In this document: piece after piece, positions 28,936 through 36,985 of the stretch | Numbering within the stretch: position 1 is the stretch's first letter | How the letters are laid out: each line of letters begins with the position of its first letter | Assembly: GCA_964418515.1 (NCBI GenBank) | Contig: CAYQLK010000001.1 | Location: 42,542-93,624, forward strand | DNA length: 51,083 nt | Reading direction: 5' to 3' | Origin: an uncultured Gammaproteobacteria bacterium | GTDB taxonomy: Bacteria > Patescibacteriota > Microgenomatia > CAYQLK01 | Translations under genes and position numbers: made by a program | The notes under the pieces: generated by a model | Told to the model about the DNA's origin: nothing | Databases searched by the model: none | The model's input: the letters and a program-made list of their open reading frames with translations, nothing else

Positions 28936-29763
28936 ATGAATTTACTATCAAAAGTCAAAGCTATTTTCACTCGATACCCAGTCTCAAAAATCGTCTTACC
29001 AATATTATTAAGTCTGATTTTTTTAGTTTTGGTTTTTAGATTTGTTGGTATTGGCGCTAACTCGGAGTCAAATGATATCACTGAAGGAGAATCAGCTGAT
29101 ATTAGAGACCTTGATGCTAAAGATAGGCCATATGTCGGTCTGGTTCCAAGGGCAGATGGTCATGCATTAATTCTGACAGTTACCAATCATCAGAATTTTT
29201 CCTCACTCGATTTCGAAATTCTTTATCAAGCCGGCAATCTCCAACAAGGGTCAATTGGCCAAATTGATTTAACCAAAAGCGCCTACAAAACCGAAATTAC
29301 CTTAGGGGCTTGTTCAAAAGGTGTTTGTAGATATGATGACGACGTAAAAACCGGAAGTCTTAAGCTAAATGGAGTCAAAAATAAAAAACAATTTATCGCC
29401 ACAATTCCATTTGTTTTAGAAAAAATTACCCCTGAAGCATCCAATATTATTGGTCCAGTTGGCACACTTGATATAGAGATTCCCTCTGGTTCAGTTACGA
29501 ACGACTACTATGTATTACTAGCTGAAACGCTTGGCGTTCCAATCCCTGTTGGTAATCTAAAAGGCCAAACAGTTGCAATATTTTCAATTGCACCAAAACT
29601 TAATCGGCCTGCGGTTATCAAACTTAAAGATCAAAACATCGCAGGACTAAAAGTTAATCATTTTGACTTTAGTCAAAACGCTTGGTCTACACTTGAAACT
29701 AATGTCGAAAACGGCAACCAATTCAACTCCGACTACTTAGGATTATTCGCCTTTACTCAGTAA
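28936..29763 (+). CDS. Hypothetical N-terminally anchored extracytoplasmic protein
   Basis: The ORF track starts at 28879 (overlapping recO). The ATG at 28936 gives MNLLSKVKAIFTRYPVSKIVLPILLSLIFLVLVF (signal anchor) followed by about 240 aa of beta-rich sequence with a single Cys pair (GACSKGVCRYDDD). No family recognised. Confidence 0.6.
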   Translation: MNLLSKVKAIFTRYPVSKIVLPILLSLIFLVLVFRFVGIGANSESNDITEGESADIRDLDAKDRPYVGLVPRADGHALILTVTNHQNFSSLDFEILYQAGNLQQGSIGQIDLTKSAYKTEITLGACSKGVCRYDDDVKTGSLKLNGVKNKKQFIATIPFVLEKITPEASNIIGPVGTLDIEIPSGSVTNDYYVLLAETLGVPIPVGNLKGQTVAIFSIAPKLNRPAVIKLKDQNIAGLKVNHFDFSQNAWSTLETNVENGNQFNSDYLGLFAFTQ

Positions 29764-29768
29764 AAACT

Positions 29769-31145
29769 ATGGACTTAATTGAAAAGGTCGTTGATGTATC
29801 AAAGCGCAGAGGTTTTATTTTTCCTTCCTCAGAAATATACGGCGGAATGGCCAATACATATGATTTTGGACCATATGGTACTTCGCTCAAAGAAAATATT
29901 CGCCGAATCTGGTGGAATAAATTCGTCGAAGACAGAGAAGACATTTACGGTATCGATAGCAGTATTATTATTAATCCTAAAGTCTGGGAAGCTAGCGGGC
30001 ATATCGCGAACTTTGGCGATGTCATGGTCGAGGATGTCAAAAACCACAAGCGTTATAGAGCTGACCACCTAATTGAAGAGCACTTTGAGAAAAAAGGCGA
30101 GAATATTAAAGTCGATGGAAAAACTCCAGAAGAGCTAAATGAAATAATTGTAAGTGAAAAAATAAAAAGTCCTGACGGTAATGATTTAAGTAAAGCCAGG
30201 AAGTTTAACTTACTTTTTAGAACTGAAATTGGGATTATTGAAGGCGAGGGTGCAACTGCTTACCTAAGAGGAGAGATTGCCCAAGGATTATTTATTAATT
30301 TTAAAAACATTCTCGATTCAATTCATCCAAAACTTCCGTTTGGTATTGCTCAAACGGGTAAAGCTTTTAGAAACGAAATAACCAAAGGTCAGTTTACTTT
30401 TCGCACGCTCGAGTTCGACCTAATGGAATTTGAATACTTTTTCGATCCTGAAACCGACGATTGGAATAAATTATTTGATGATTGGAAAGTCAAAATGGAC
30501 GAATTTACAAAAGAAATCGGACTAGATTCCACCAAGCTAAGATGGAGGGCGCATGAAGAATTCGAGCTATCGCATTACTCAAAAAGAACCGAAGACTTGG
30601 AGTATGAGTTTCCTTGGGGATTTAAAGAAATGTTTGGAATTGCTTACAGAACAAATTTTGATCTTCTTAATCACGAAAAAAACTCCGGCGTTTCCCAAAG
30701 TTACACATATCCTGACGGCAAAAAGGTTGTTCCTCACGTAATCGAACCTACTTTTGGTCTATCAAGACTTGTAACGATTGTTCTTATGAATGCTTTTACA
30801 GAGGAAGAAGTCGAAGGAGAAACAAGAATCGTTTTAAAATTTAATCCTCAAATTGCTCCAGTCAAAGTCGCAGTATTGCCTCTAATCAAAAAAGAGGAAT
30901 TGACTAGTCTATCTAGAGCAATTCAGGCATCCCTCAAGTCGCTTGGTGTCATTGTCTATGACGAAACAGCTTCAATCGGCAAAAGATATCGCAAACAGGA
31001 CGAAATCGGCACGCCTTACTGTATTACAGTTGATTTTGACTCACTTGAAGACAAAAAAGTCACAGTTCGCGATCGCGACACAATGAAACAGGAGAGAATT
31101 GAAATTTCCAAACTTCTTGACTTCCTAGCTCCAAAATTCCAATAA
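29769..31145 (+). CDS. glyQS: Glycine--tRNA ligase, single-chain (alpha2) class II type
   Basis: 458-aa ORF with KRRGFIFPSSEIYGGMANTYDFGPYGTSLKENIRRIWW at the N-terminus, FRNEITKGQFTFRTLEFDLMEFEYF (motif 2 region), and a C-terminal anticodon-binding domain with GKRYRKQDEIGTPYCITVD. Confidence 0.95.
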   Translation: MDLIEKVVDVSKRRGFIFPSSEIYGGMANTYDFGPYGTSLKENIRRIWWNKFVEDREDIYGIDSSIIINPKVWEASGHIANFGDVMVEDVKNHKRYRADHLIEEHFEKKGENIKVDGKTPEELNEIIVSEKIKSPDGNDLSKARKFNLLFRTEIGIIEGEGATAYLRGEIAQGLFINFKNILDSIHPKLPFGIAQTGKAFRNEITKGQFTFRTLEFDLMEFEYFFDPETDDWNKLFDDWKVKMDEFTKEIGLDSTKLRWRAHEEFELSHYSKRTEDLEYEFPWGFKEMFGIAYRTNFDLLNHEKNSGVSQSYTYPDGKKVVPHVIEPTFGLSRLVTIVLMNAFTEEEVEGETRIVLKFNPQIAPVKVAVLPLIKKEELTSLSRAIQASLKSLGVIVYDETASIGKRYRKQDEIGTPYCITVDFDSLEDKKVTVRDRDTMKQERIEISKLLDFLAPKFQ

Positions 31146-31244
31146 CACTACTTAAATCACAAGTTCGTTTTTAAGTCTTTGGCTGTAGTCAGTCCAGACA
31201 AAGCATTTGTTTGTATCGAAAGCATAAATTATTATTTTAGGTTG

Positions 31245-31274
31245 TTGACACAAACTCTTTTTATGGTGAATAAT
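31245..31274 (+). promoter_or_regulatory. Candidate sigma-70-type promoter of the dcw operon
   Basis: Perfect TTGACA at 31245-31250, an 18-nt spacer, then AATAAT at 31269-31274, about 45 nt upstream of the mraZ ATG. This is the largest non-coding gap in the window (31146-31319). Confidence 0.5.
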
Positions 31275-31317
31275 GGTTACAGATGGTAATAAATGGTGAT
31301 TTAGGGCAACTTAGGGC
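31263..31317 (+). promoter_or_regulatory. 10-bp-phased direct-repeat array, candidate MraZ operator
   Basis: ATGGT starts at 31263, 31273, 31283 and 31293 (exact 10-nt spacing). The phase continues with AGGGC at 31303 and 31313, inside the duplicated TTAGGGCA at 31301 and 31311. The array overlaps the putative -10 and the leader. Confidence 0.6.
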
Positions 31318-31319
31318 AG

Positions 31320-31724
31320 ATGTTTTTAGGACAATTTGAACCACAATTTTCCTCCTCATCTAAGAGGCTTTCTATTCCGGTTAAGCTCCGGTCAAGTCTA
31401 GCGAAAGGTAAAGTAATCCTTTCAAAAGGTTTTGATCAGTGCATCTTTGGCTATTCGGCTAAAGGCTGGGAGGCGCAAAGCGCTAAGCACCTTGAAAACC
31501 CAATCTCAGACGTCCAAAGTCGAGATCTAAGAAGATTTATATTTTCAGCTTCAGAAGAAGTAGATTTTGACACACAAGGCAGAATGGTTATCCCAAAATC
31601 CTTAATCGACTATGCAAATATTTCTGACTCCGTTACCGTAATTGGCGCAGGAGATCATTTCGAAATATGGGCAACCGACAAATGGCAGCAAAAAATAAAT
31701 GAAATCGACTCTAACAATCGTTGA
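31320..31724 (+). CDS. mraZ: Transcriptional regulator MraZ
   Basis: 134-aa ORF with two SpoVT/AbrB-like halves: KRLSIPVKLR in the first and DTQGRMVIPKSL in the second, then GAGDHFEIW. First gene of the dcw cluster. Confidence 0.9.
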   Translation: MFLGQFEPQFSSSSKRLSIPVKLRSSLAKGKVILSKGFDQCIFGYSAKGWEAQSAKHLENPISDVQSRDLRRFIFSASEEVDFDTQGRMVIPKSLIDYANISDSVTVIGAGDHFEIWATDKWQQKINEIDSNNR

Positions 31725-32577
31725 TAAACATATTCCGGTATTACCCAAGGAGACAATTGAATTACTAAGACCCTCAACGGATAAAAAATTCATTGATGCA
31801 ACTCTTGGTGATGCAGGTCATACCGTTCTTATTTTAGAAAAGGGAGCAATAGTTCTAGGGATAGACGCTGACTTAAAAAATGTCGACAGAGCAAAAAATA
31901 TCTCTCCTAATCTGACAACAGTTCACGGGAATTTCTGCAATTTAGCCAATCTTGCCAAAGCCAATAATTTTGCTCAAGTCGACGGCATACTTTTTGATCT
32001 TGGATATTCCTCAACCCAACTACAAGATCCAGAAAAAGGAATCAGTTTTTTAAACGAAGGACCTCTAGATATGAGATTGGATCCAGTAAATCAAGGCGTA
32101 ACAGCTGCTGATTTATTAAAAGTATTAACAGAAAAACAGTTATATGAATTATTTATCGAATATGGTCAAGAAAAGCGTGCTCGGGTCATTGCTGATGCTA
32201 TTGTCCGCGCCCGTTTAGTCAGACCAATTGAAACGACTACTCAACTAGCCCAAATAGTTGAGAACGTTATTCCTCGGAGGAATAGTGACAAGATTCATCC
32301 GGCGACTAAGGTTTTTCAGTCACTAAGAATCGCAATCAATAGCGAACTGGACAATCTGGAATCCGCTCTTTTACAGTCTGTAGAACTTCTAAAACCAAGA
32401 GGTGTTTTGGTAGTGATCTCGTTTCACTCATTGGAAGATAAAATCGTAAAGAATTTTATTCGTAATAATTTTTTGTTGGAAAACTTAACAACAAAACCAA
32501 TTATTCCCGATAGTCTAGAAGTTCATCAAAACAGACGTGCTCGAAGTGCAAAGCTTCGGGCAGCGCGGAAAATTTAA
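31699..32577 (+). CDS. rsmH: 16S rRNA (cytosine-N4)-methyltransferase RsmH (MraW)
   Basis: 292-aa ORF with HIPVLPKETIELL, IDATLGDAGH, FDLGYSSTQL, GPLDMRLD, SFHSLEDKIVKNF and NRRARSAKLR motifs. Confidence 0.95.
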   Translation: MKSTLTIVDKHIPVLPKETIELLRPSTDKKFIDATLGDAGHTVLILEKGAIVLGIDADLKNVDRAKNISPNLTTVHGNFCNLANLAKANNFAQVDGILFDLGYSSTQLQDPEKGISFLNEGPLDMRLDPVNQGVTAADLLKVLTEKQLYELFIEYGQEKRARVIADAIVRARLVRPIETTTQLAQIVENVIPRRNSDKIHPATKVFQSLRIAINSELDNLESALLQSVELLKPRGVLVVISFHSLEDKIVKNFIRNNFLLENLTTKPIIPDSLEVHQNRRARSAKLRAARKI

Positions 32578-32627
32578 CTAAAACTGGGCAGCGGTTTTTA
32601 ATTTAAAAGCCAAATAAACTGCTCAAA

Positions 32628-32975
32628 ATGAACTCGACCGTTCTACAATCAAATATCTTAATTGCTCGTCAGGCTCCTTCGGCCAAAACATTACCTCACA
32701 GTACTAAACTAATTTTTGCAATCTTTACAATTGTCTCAATTTTAATAATGGGCAATCTGTTTGTTTCTAACTCACTTGCGACCAAAGGCAAACTTGTTAC
32801 AGACCTCAAGTCAAAAAGTGAAACCTTAAAAAAAGAAAATATTGTTTTAAAAAGTGAGATTGCTGAATTAGGATCTTTGGCTGAGATTGAGAAAAAAGCC
32901 CTAAACTTAGGTTTTCAAAAAAATTCTTCGGGTAAAATATTTGTTAAAGATCCAGCGTTTGCTTACTCTCGTTAA
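32628..32975 (+). CDS. ftsL: Cell-division protein FtsL-like (small bitopic coiled-coil protein)
   Basis: 115-aa ORF with a single TM helix (LIFAIFTIVSILIMGNLFV), a heptad-like stretch (LKSKSETLKKENIVLKSEIAEL) and LAEIEKKALNLGF. Sits in the canonical position between rsmH and ftsI. Confidence 0.6.
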   Translation: MNSTVLQSNILIARQAPSAKTLPHSTKLIFAIFTIVSILIMGNLFVSNSLATKGKLVTDLKSKSETLKKENIVLKSEIAELGSLAEIEKKALNLGFQKNSSGKIFVKDPAFAYSR

Positions 32976-33024
32976 TTAGTTTTACTTAAAAACTATTTAG
33001 TTTTTGTTCCATAATATATTAATC

Positions 33025-34794
33025 ATGAAAGAAATCAGGCTGGTATATATTGCTTGTTTGATAGTTTTTAGTTTAATTGTTCTTAGACTGTTTTATTGGC
33101 AGGTCATTAGTCGCGACTCACTACAGGCCAAAGCAGAAAAGCAGTATTTAAGAGATATTGAGCTTTTTCCTAAAAGAGGAGAAATATTAGCCTCAGACAG
33201 CTCGCCATTAGTTACCAATCAAACCGCATATCTAATGTATGCAAATCCAAAAGAAATTTCTGACCCCAATACTGTTGCTGAAAAAATCCAGCCGATTTTG
33301 GATCTTAGTGATATTGCAACAGTAAGCGCCGAGCTTTTGCCGGAATATAATCCAGAGGTTTATAAAAAAGAGCAGGAACTTAAGCAAAAAGAGAGACAAG
33401 TTGCTTTAACAGAAAAAATTACTCAGACCAATCTTGATTGGGTACTACTCGGAAGAAAACTCACCAACATTCAAAAGGAACAAATTGAAAAGTTAAATAT
33501 TAATGGTCTAGGTTTTAGCGATGAGATTGCACGAGATTACCCTGAAGGTTCAATGTCTGCACATCTATTAGGTTTTGTTGGTTTGGATGATTTTGGGCGC
33601 GACACTGGCTATTTTGGACTAGAAGGTTTTTATAACAGGCAACTTAAGGGTCGCTTGGGGGTAACAAAGGAAGAAACAGATGCTAAAGGTAATCCAATCT
33701 TACTAGGTGATTACGGCCAAATTGGTGAAAACCCAGGCAGAACTCTTAAGCTCACAATCGATAGGTCGGTACAAAAAATAGTTGAAGAAGAGCTGCTTAG
33801 CTCAATCGAAAGTTATCAAGCCAAAGCTGGTCAAGTTTTAATAATGGACCCTAACTCAGGGGCAATTATAGCTTCTGCTGCATATCCCGCTTATGATCCC
33901 GCTAATTACACTAAATACCCAAACGCCAATTATGTTAATCCAGTGGTAGCAGAGACTTACGAGCCTGGATCGACTTTTAAAGTTCTCGCTATGGCGGCAG
34001 GGATTAACGAAAATGTCATTCAACCAGAGACAATTTGTACAATCTGTGACGGTCAAGTAGAAATTAGCGGTTATAAGATTTCGACTTGGGATAATAAATA
34101 TCACCCCAATTCCACCATGACCGAAGTGATTCAAAACTCTGACAACACGGGAATGGTATTTTTGTCCCAGAAACTAGGGTTCGAAAAATTTCATCAATAT
34201 CTAAAGAATTTTGGTTTTGGGGATCTAACTGGTGTCGATATTCAAGACGAAACATATGGGGTAATAAGACCAAAGAAAGACTGGGGGGAAATAGACTTAG
34301 CGACTGCATCTTTCGGTCAAGGAATTGCCGTTACCTCGATTCAAATGGTTAAGGCGGTCTCAGCTATAGCAAACGGGGGAAAACTCCCAACTCCACACTT
34401 TGTCTCCGAAATAATAGACGGAGATAACCCGCTTAAAGTTTCTCCAGATAGTAATTCATTCAAAACCATAATTACCAAAGAAACTGCCGACAAAGTTACA
34501 GAAATGATGGCCAAAGCAGTAGTGGCAGGGGAGGCTCATTACAAAATTCCAGATGGTTACTCCTTAGCTGGCAAAACTGGAACAGCACAAATTCCTGTTG
34601 CTGGTCATTACGACCCAAGTAAAACAATCGCAAGCTTTGTTGGGTTTGGCCCATTGCCCAATCCAAAATTTGTAATGTTAGTCCGATTTACAGAGCCCAA
34701 AAGCTCGCCATACGGTTCAGAAACAGCAGCACCAACCTTCTTTAGGATATCTTCAGAAATTTTTAGACTTTGGTCAATTCCTCCAAATCTTTAA
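33025..34794 (+). CDS. ftsI: Class B penicillin-binding protein / peptidoglycan D,D-transpeptidase FtsI
   Basis: About 589 aa. N-terminal anchor, then SXXK (GSTFK), SXN (NSDNTG) and KTG (GKTGTAQ) active-site motifs in the correct order. ATG 33025 is preferred over the track's TTG at 33004. Confidence 0.9.
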   Translation: MKEIRLVYIACLIVFSLIVLRLFYWQVISRDSLQAKAEKQYLRDIELFPKRGEILASDSSPLVTNQTAYLMYANPKEISDPNTVAEKIQPILDLSDIATVSAELLPEYNPEVYKKEQELKQKERQVALTEKITQTNLDWVLLGRKLTNIQKEQIEKLNINGLGFSDEIARDYPEGSMSAHLLGFVGLDDFGRDTGYFGLEGFYNRQLKGRLGVTKEETDAKGNPILLGDYGQIGENPGRTLKLTIDRSVQKIVEEELLSSIESYQAKAGQVLIMDPNSGAIIASAAYPAYDPANYTKYPNANYVNPVVAETYEPGSTFKVLAMAAGINENVIQPETICTICDGQVEISGYKISTWDNKYHPNSTMTEVIQNSDNTGMVFLSQKLGFEKFHQYLKNFGFGDLTGVDIQDETYGVIRPKKDWGEIDLATASFGQGIAVTSIQMVKAVSAIANGGKLPTPHFVSEIIDGDNPLKVSPDSNSFKTIITKETADKVTEMMAKAVVAGEAHYKIPDGYSLAGKTGTAQIPVAGHYDPSKTIASFVGFGPLPNPKFVMLVRFTEPKSSPYGSETAAPTFFRISSEIFRLWSIPPNL

Positions 34795-34826
34795 GTCCTA
34801 GCCGATTTAGATTAGAATATCGAATA

Positions 34827-36005
34827 ATGAACTCGCAAAAAATAAAAAATATTTGGCACCTAGTTAACGCCATCATCGCCAATATTTATTACATGTTTCC
34901 AACCAAAAAACTTATCGTAATTGGTGTTACAGGAACTGATGGAAAGACAACGGTTTCTAGTGCGATTTATCACATATTAAGAAAATCGGGAGAAAAAGCC
35001 GCATTAATATCAACTGTTGGTGCAGAAATAAACGGGAATTTTATTGAAACAGGGCTTCATGTTACGACCCCAGGACCTTTCGAAATTCAAAAATTCGCCA
35101 AACTTGCCATAAATGCTGGTTGTAAATATTTAGTTCTAGAAATAACTTCAATTGGTTTAGATCAGTATAGAGACTTTGGTACAAGTTACCAGATCGGACT
35201 TGTAACAAACTTAAGCCATGAGCATCTTGATTACCATGGGACGATGGATAATTACGCGAAATCAAAATTTAAATTACTCCTAAGATCAAAAATAAAACTT
35301 GTTACCTTAAATTGCGGGCCAATTAATGATCTGAGCCAAAACTTATCCAATCTCCACACATATTCGTTTAATAAAAATACAGATTTTACAAAAACCAACT
35401 TTAATATTCCAGAAATTATTGGTGACTACAATAAAGAGAACTTAGTTGGTGCGGCAAGTACAGTAAGTTTGTTGGGTATTGATAATGAGAAGATAAATAC
35501 CGCACTTAAATCTTTTCAACTCCCCAAAGGTCGAATGGAAAAATTTTTAGGCAAAAACAAAGAACTATTTTTTATTGATTTTGGACACACACCACAGGCT
35601 CTTGAATCCGCACTCTCATCAATCAAAAAAGAATATCCAAATCACAAAATTATCTCGGTATTTGGTGCGGCCGGACTTAGAGATTATTCAAAAAGACCGT
35701 TAATGGGCAAAGCTGCCTCCAAGTATAGCGATATCATAATAATTACAAATGAAGATCCAAGAACGGAAAATCAAGAAAAAATCTCAAGTGACATAATTTC
35801 AGGTATACCCAAAAACTTTAGCAAATCAAATCAAATTTTAGTCATTAACGATAGGCAAGCCGCAATCAAAAAAGGCGTCGAGCTATCAGACAACAAAACT
35901 ATTTGTTTATTTTTTGGTAAGGGTCATGAAAAATCAATGAATATTTCTGGGGTCGAAAAACCTTGGGATGAACAAAAAGTTTTAGTTAAGGCTTTAGGAA
36001 AATAA
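34827..36005 (+). CDS. murE: Mur ligase, MurE-like (UDP-MurNAc-L-Ala-D-Glu:diamino acid ligase) lacking the usual N-terminal domain
   Basis: About 392 aa from ATG 34827 (the track ORF 34770 overlaps ftsI). P-loop GVTGTDGKTT begins near residue 33. Also SHEHLDYHG, DNYAKSKFKL and a C-terminal TNEDPRTEN (DNPR-like) motif. Position after ftsI fits murE. Confidence 0.7.
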   Translation: MNSQKIKNIWHLVNAIIANIYYMFPTKKLIVIGVTGTDGKTTVSSAIYHILRKSGEKAALISTVGAEINGNFIETGLHVTTPGPFEIQKFAKLAINAGCKYLVLEITSIGLDQYRDFGTSYQIGLVTNLSHEHLDYHGTMDNYAKSKFKLLLRSKIKLVTLNCGPINDLSQNLSNLHTYSFNKNTDFTKTNFNIPEIIGDYNKENLVGAASTVSLLGIDNEKINTALKSFQLPKGRMEKFLGKNKELFFIDFGHTPQALESALSSIKKEYPNHKIISVFGAAGLRDYSKRPLMGKAASKYSDIIIITNEDPRTENQEKISSDIISGIPKNFSKSNQILVINDRQAAIKKGVELSDNKTICLFFGKGHEKSMNISGVEKPWDEQKVLVKALGK

Positions 36006-36016
36006 GTCTTACAAAA

Positions 36017-36985
36017 ATGAACGAAGATCAAATTAAAATCATAAGCAGTACGCTTGGCGCCGAAAGAATTCTTTTTGACGAACAGTTAAAATCGCACACA
36101 TATTTCCATCAAGAAACCAAATCAAGGATGTATTTTGATGCGCTTAATTCTTCAGATTTGGAGTTAGCAGTCTCAACTTGTATTAAAAATAAAATACCCT
36201 TTATTGTTTTAGGACTAGGAGCTAACACCTTTCTACCTGAAAACAGTGAATATTTTTTGATAAAAAACCTATCTCACAATATTATCCTCAAAGGATTTAG
36301 AACCTCAATAATAGAAAAAAAAACAGTCCCAGAAGTATTAATACAAGTTGATTCTGGTGCTTCTTTAACGATGCTAGCCAGATATTGCATTCATGAAAAA
36401 ATTGACGGATTAGGATTTCTATTAAGTATTCCAGGCAGCGTTGGTGCAGGGATTAGAAATAATATTTCACTAATGCCGACGGTCAAAAATATTATAGGTA
36501 ATTATCTTTCACTAGCTGAAATAATTGACGCCAAAACTGGTGAAAAAAAACTTGTCGACAACTCATACTTTGAATTTGATTATGATCGGTCCAAGTTGCA
36601 AGTTACTCGCGATATCGTAATAAAAGCAGTATTCAAATTACCTAAAACCTCACCTAATAATCCATGGTCAACTGGTAGTAATGATGGTGTTATTAATCAT
36701 TCGCTTACTGGTCCAATTTTTAAAAACATTTCACACAGAGATGCTGTTAGATTATCAACCAAGCATTTCACACTCTCACCGTCATACTTAATCAGACAAA
36801 TAGATATTGCTGGTTATAAAATTGGAGGTGTAACGATTTCAAGCGAAGATCCAAACACATTTATTTTGGACAATGATTTTAAAACCGAAGACATTGCCAG
36901 AATGATGCGTTATATTAAACGTAATATTAAAAATAAATTTAAACTAACATTAGAATCACGGGTAGATATTATTAACAAAATATAA
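36017..36985 (+). CDS. murB: UDP-N-acetylenolpyruvoylglucosamine reductase (MurB) homologue, divergent
   Basis: 322-aa ORF collinear with type II MurB. VLGLGANTFL matches the G-x-G-S-N region, SIPGSVGAGIRNN matches IPG(S/T)VGGA, GPIFKNI matches GS-x-F-K-N-P, and AGYKIGGVTIS and FKLTLESRVDII match the C-terminus. Several normally invariant residues differ (see findings). Confidence 0.7.
   Translation: MNEDQIKIISSTLGAERILFDEQLKSHTYFHQETKSRMYFDALNSSDLELAVSTCIKNKIPFIVLGLGANTFLPENSEYFLIKNLSHNIILKGFRTSIIEKKTVPEVLIQVDSGASLTMLARYCIHEKIDGLGFLLSIPGSVGAGIRNNISLMPTVKNIIGNYLSLAEIIDAKTGEKKLVDNSYFEFDYDRSKLQVTRDIVIKAVFKLPKTSPNNPWSTGSNDGVINHSLTGPIFKNISHRDAVRLSTKHFTLSPSYLIRQIDIAGYKIGGVTISSEDPNTFILDNDFKTEDIARMMRYIKRNIKNKFKLTLESRVDIINKI

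Noticed and set aside
29764-29768. T-box or other leader RNAs upstream of the aminoacyl-tRNA synthetase genes glyQS and ileS.
   Set aside because: The spacers are 5 nt (glyQS) and 73 nt (ileS), far too short for a T-box riboswitch. No specifier/antiterminator-like structure was seen.
31177-31203. Possible intrinsic terminator after glyQS (CTTTG...CAAAG outer stem, GGCTG-TAGT-CAGtCC inner stem).
   Set aside because: The stem is short, bulged and weak, and is followed only by an interrupted T-rich stretch (CATTTGTTTGT). It is not convincing as a Rho-independent terminator.
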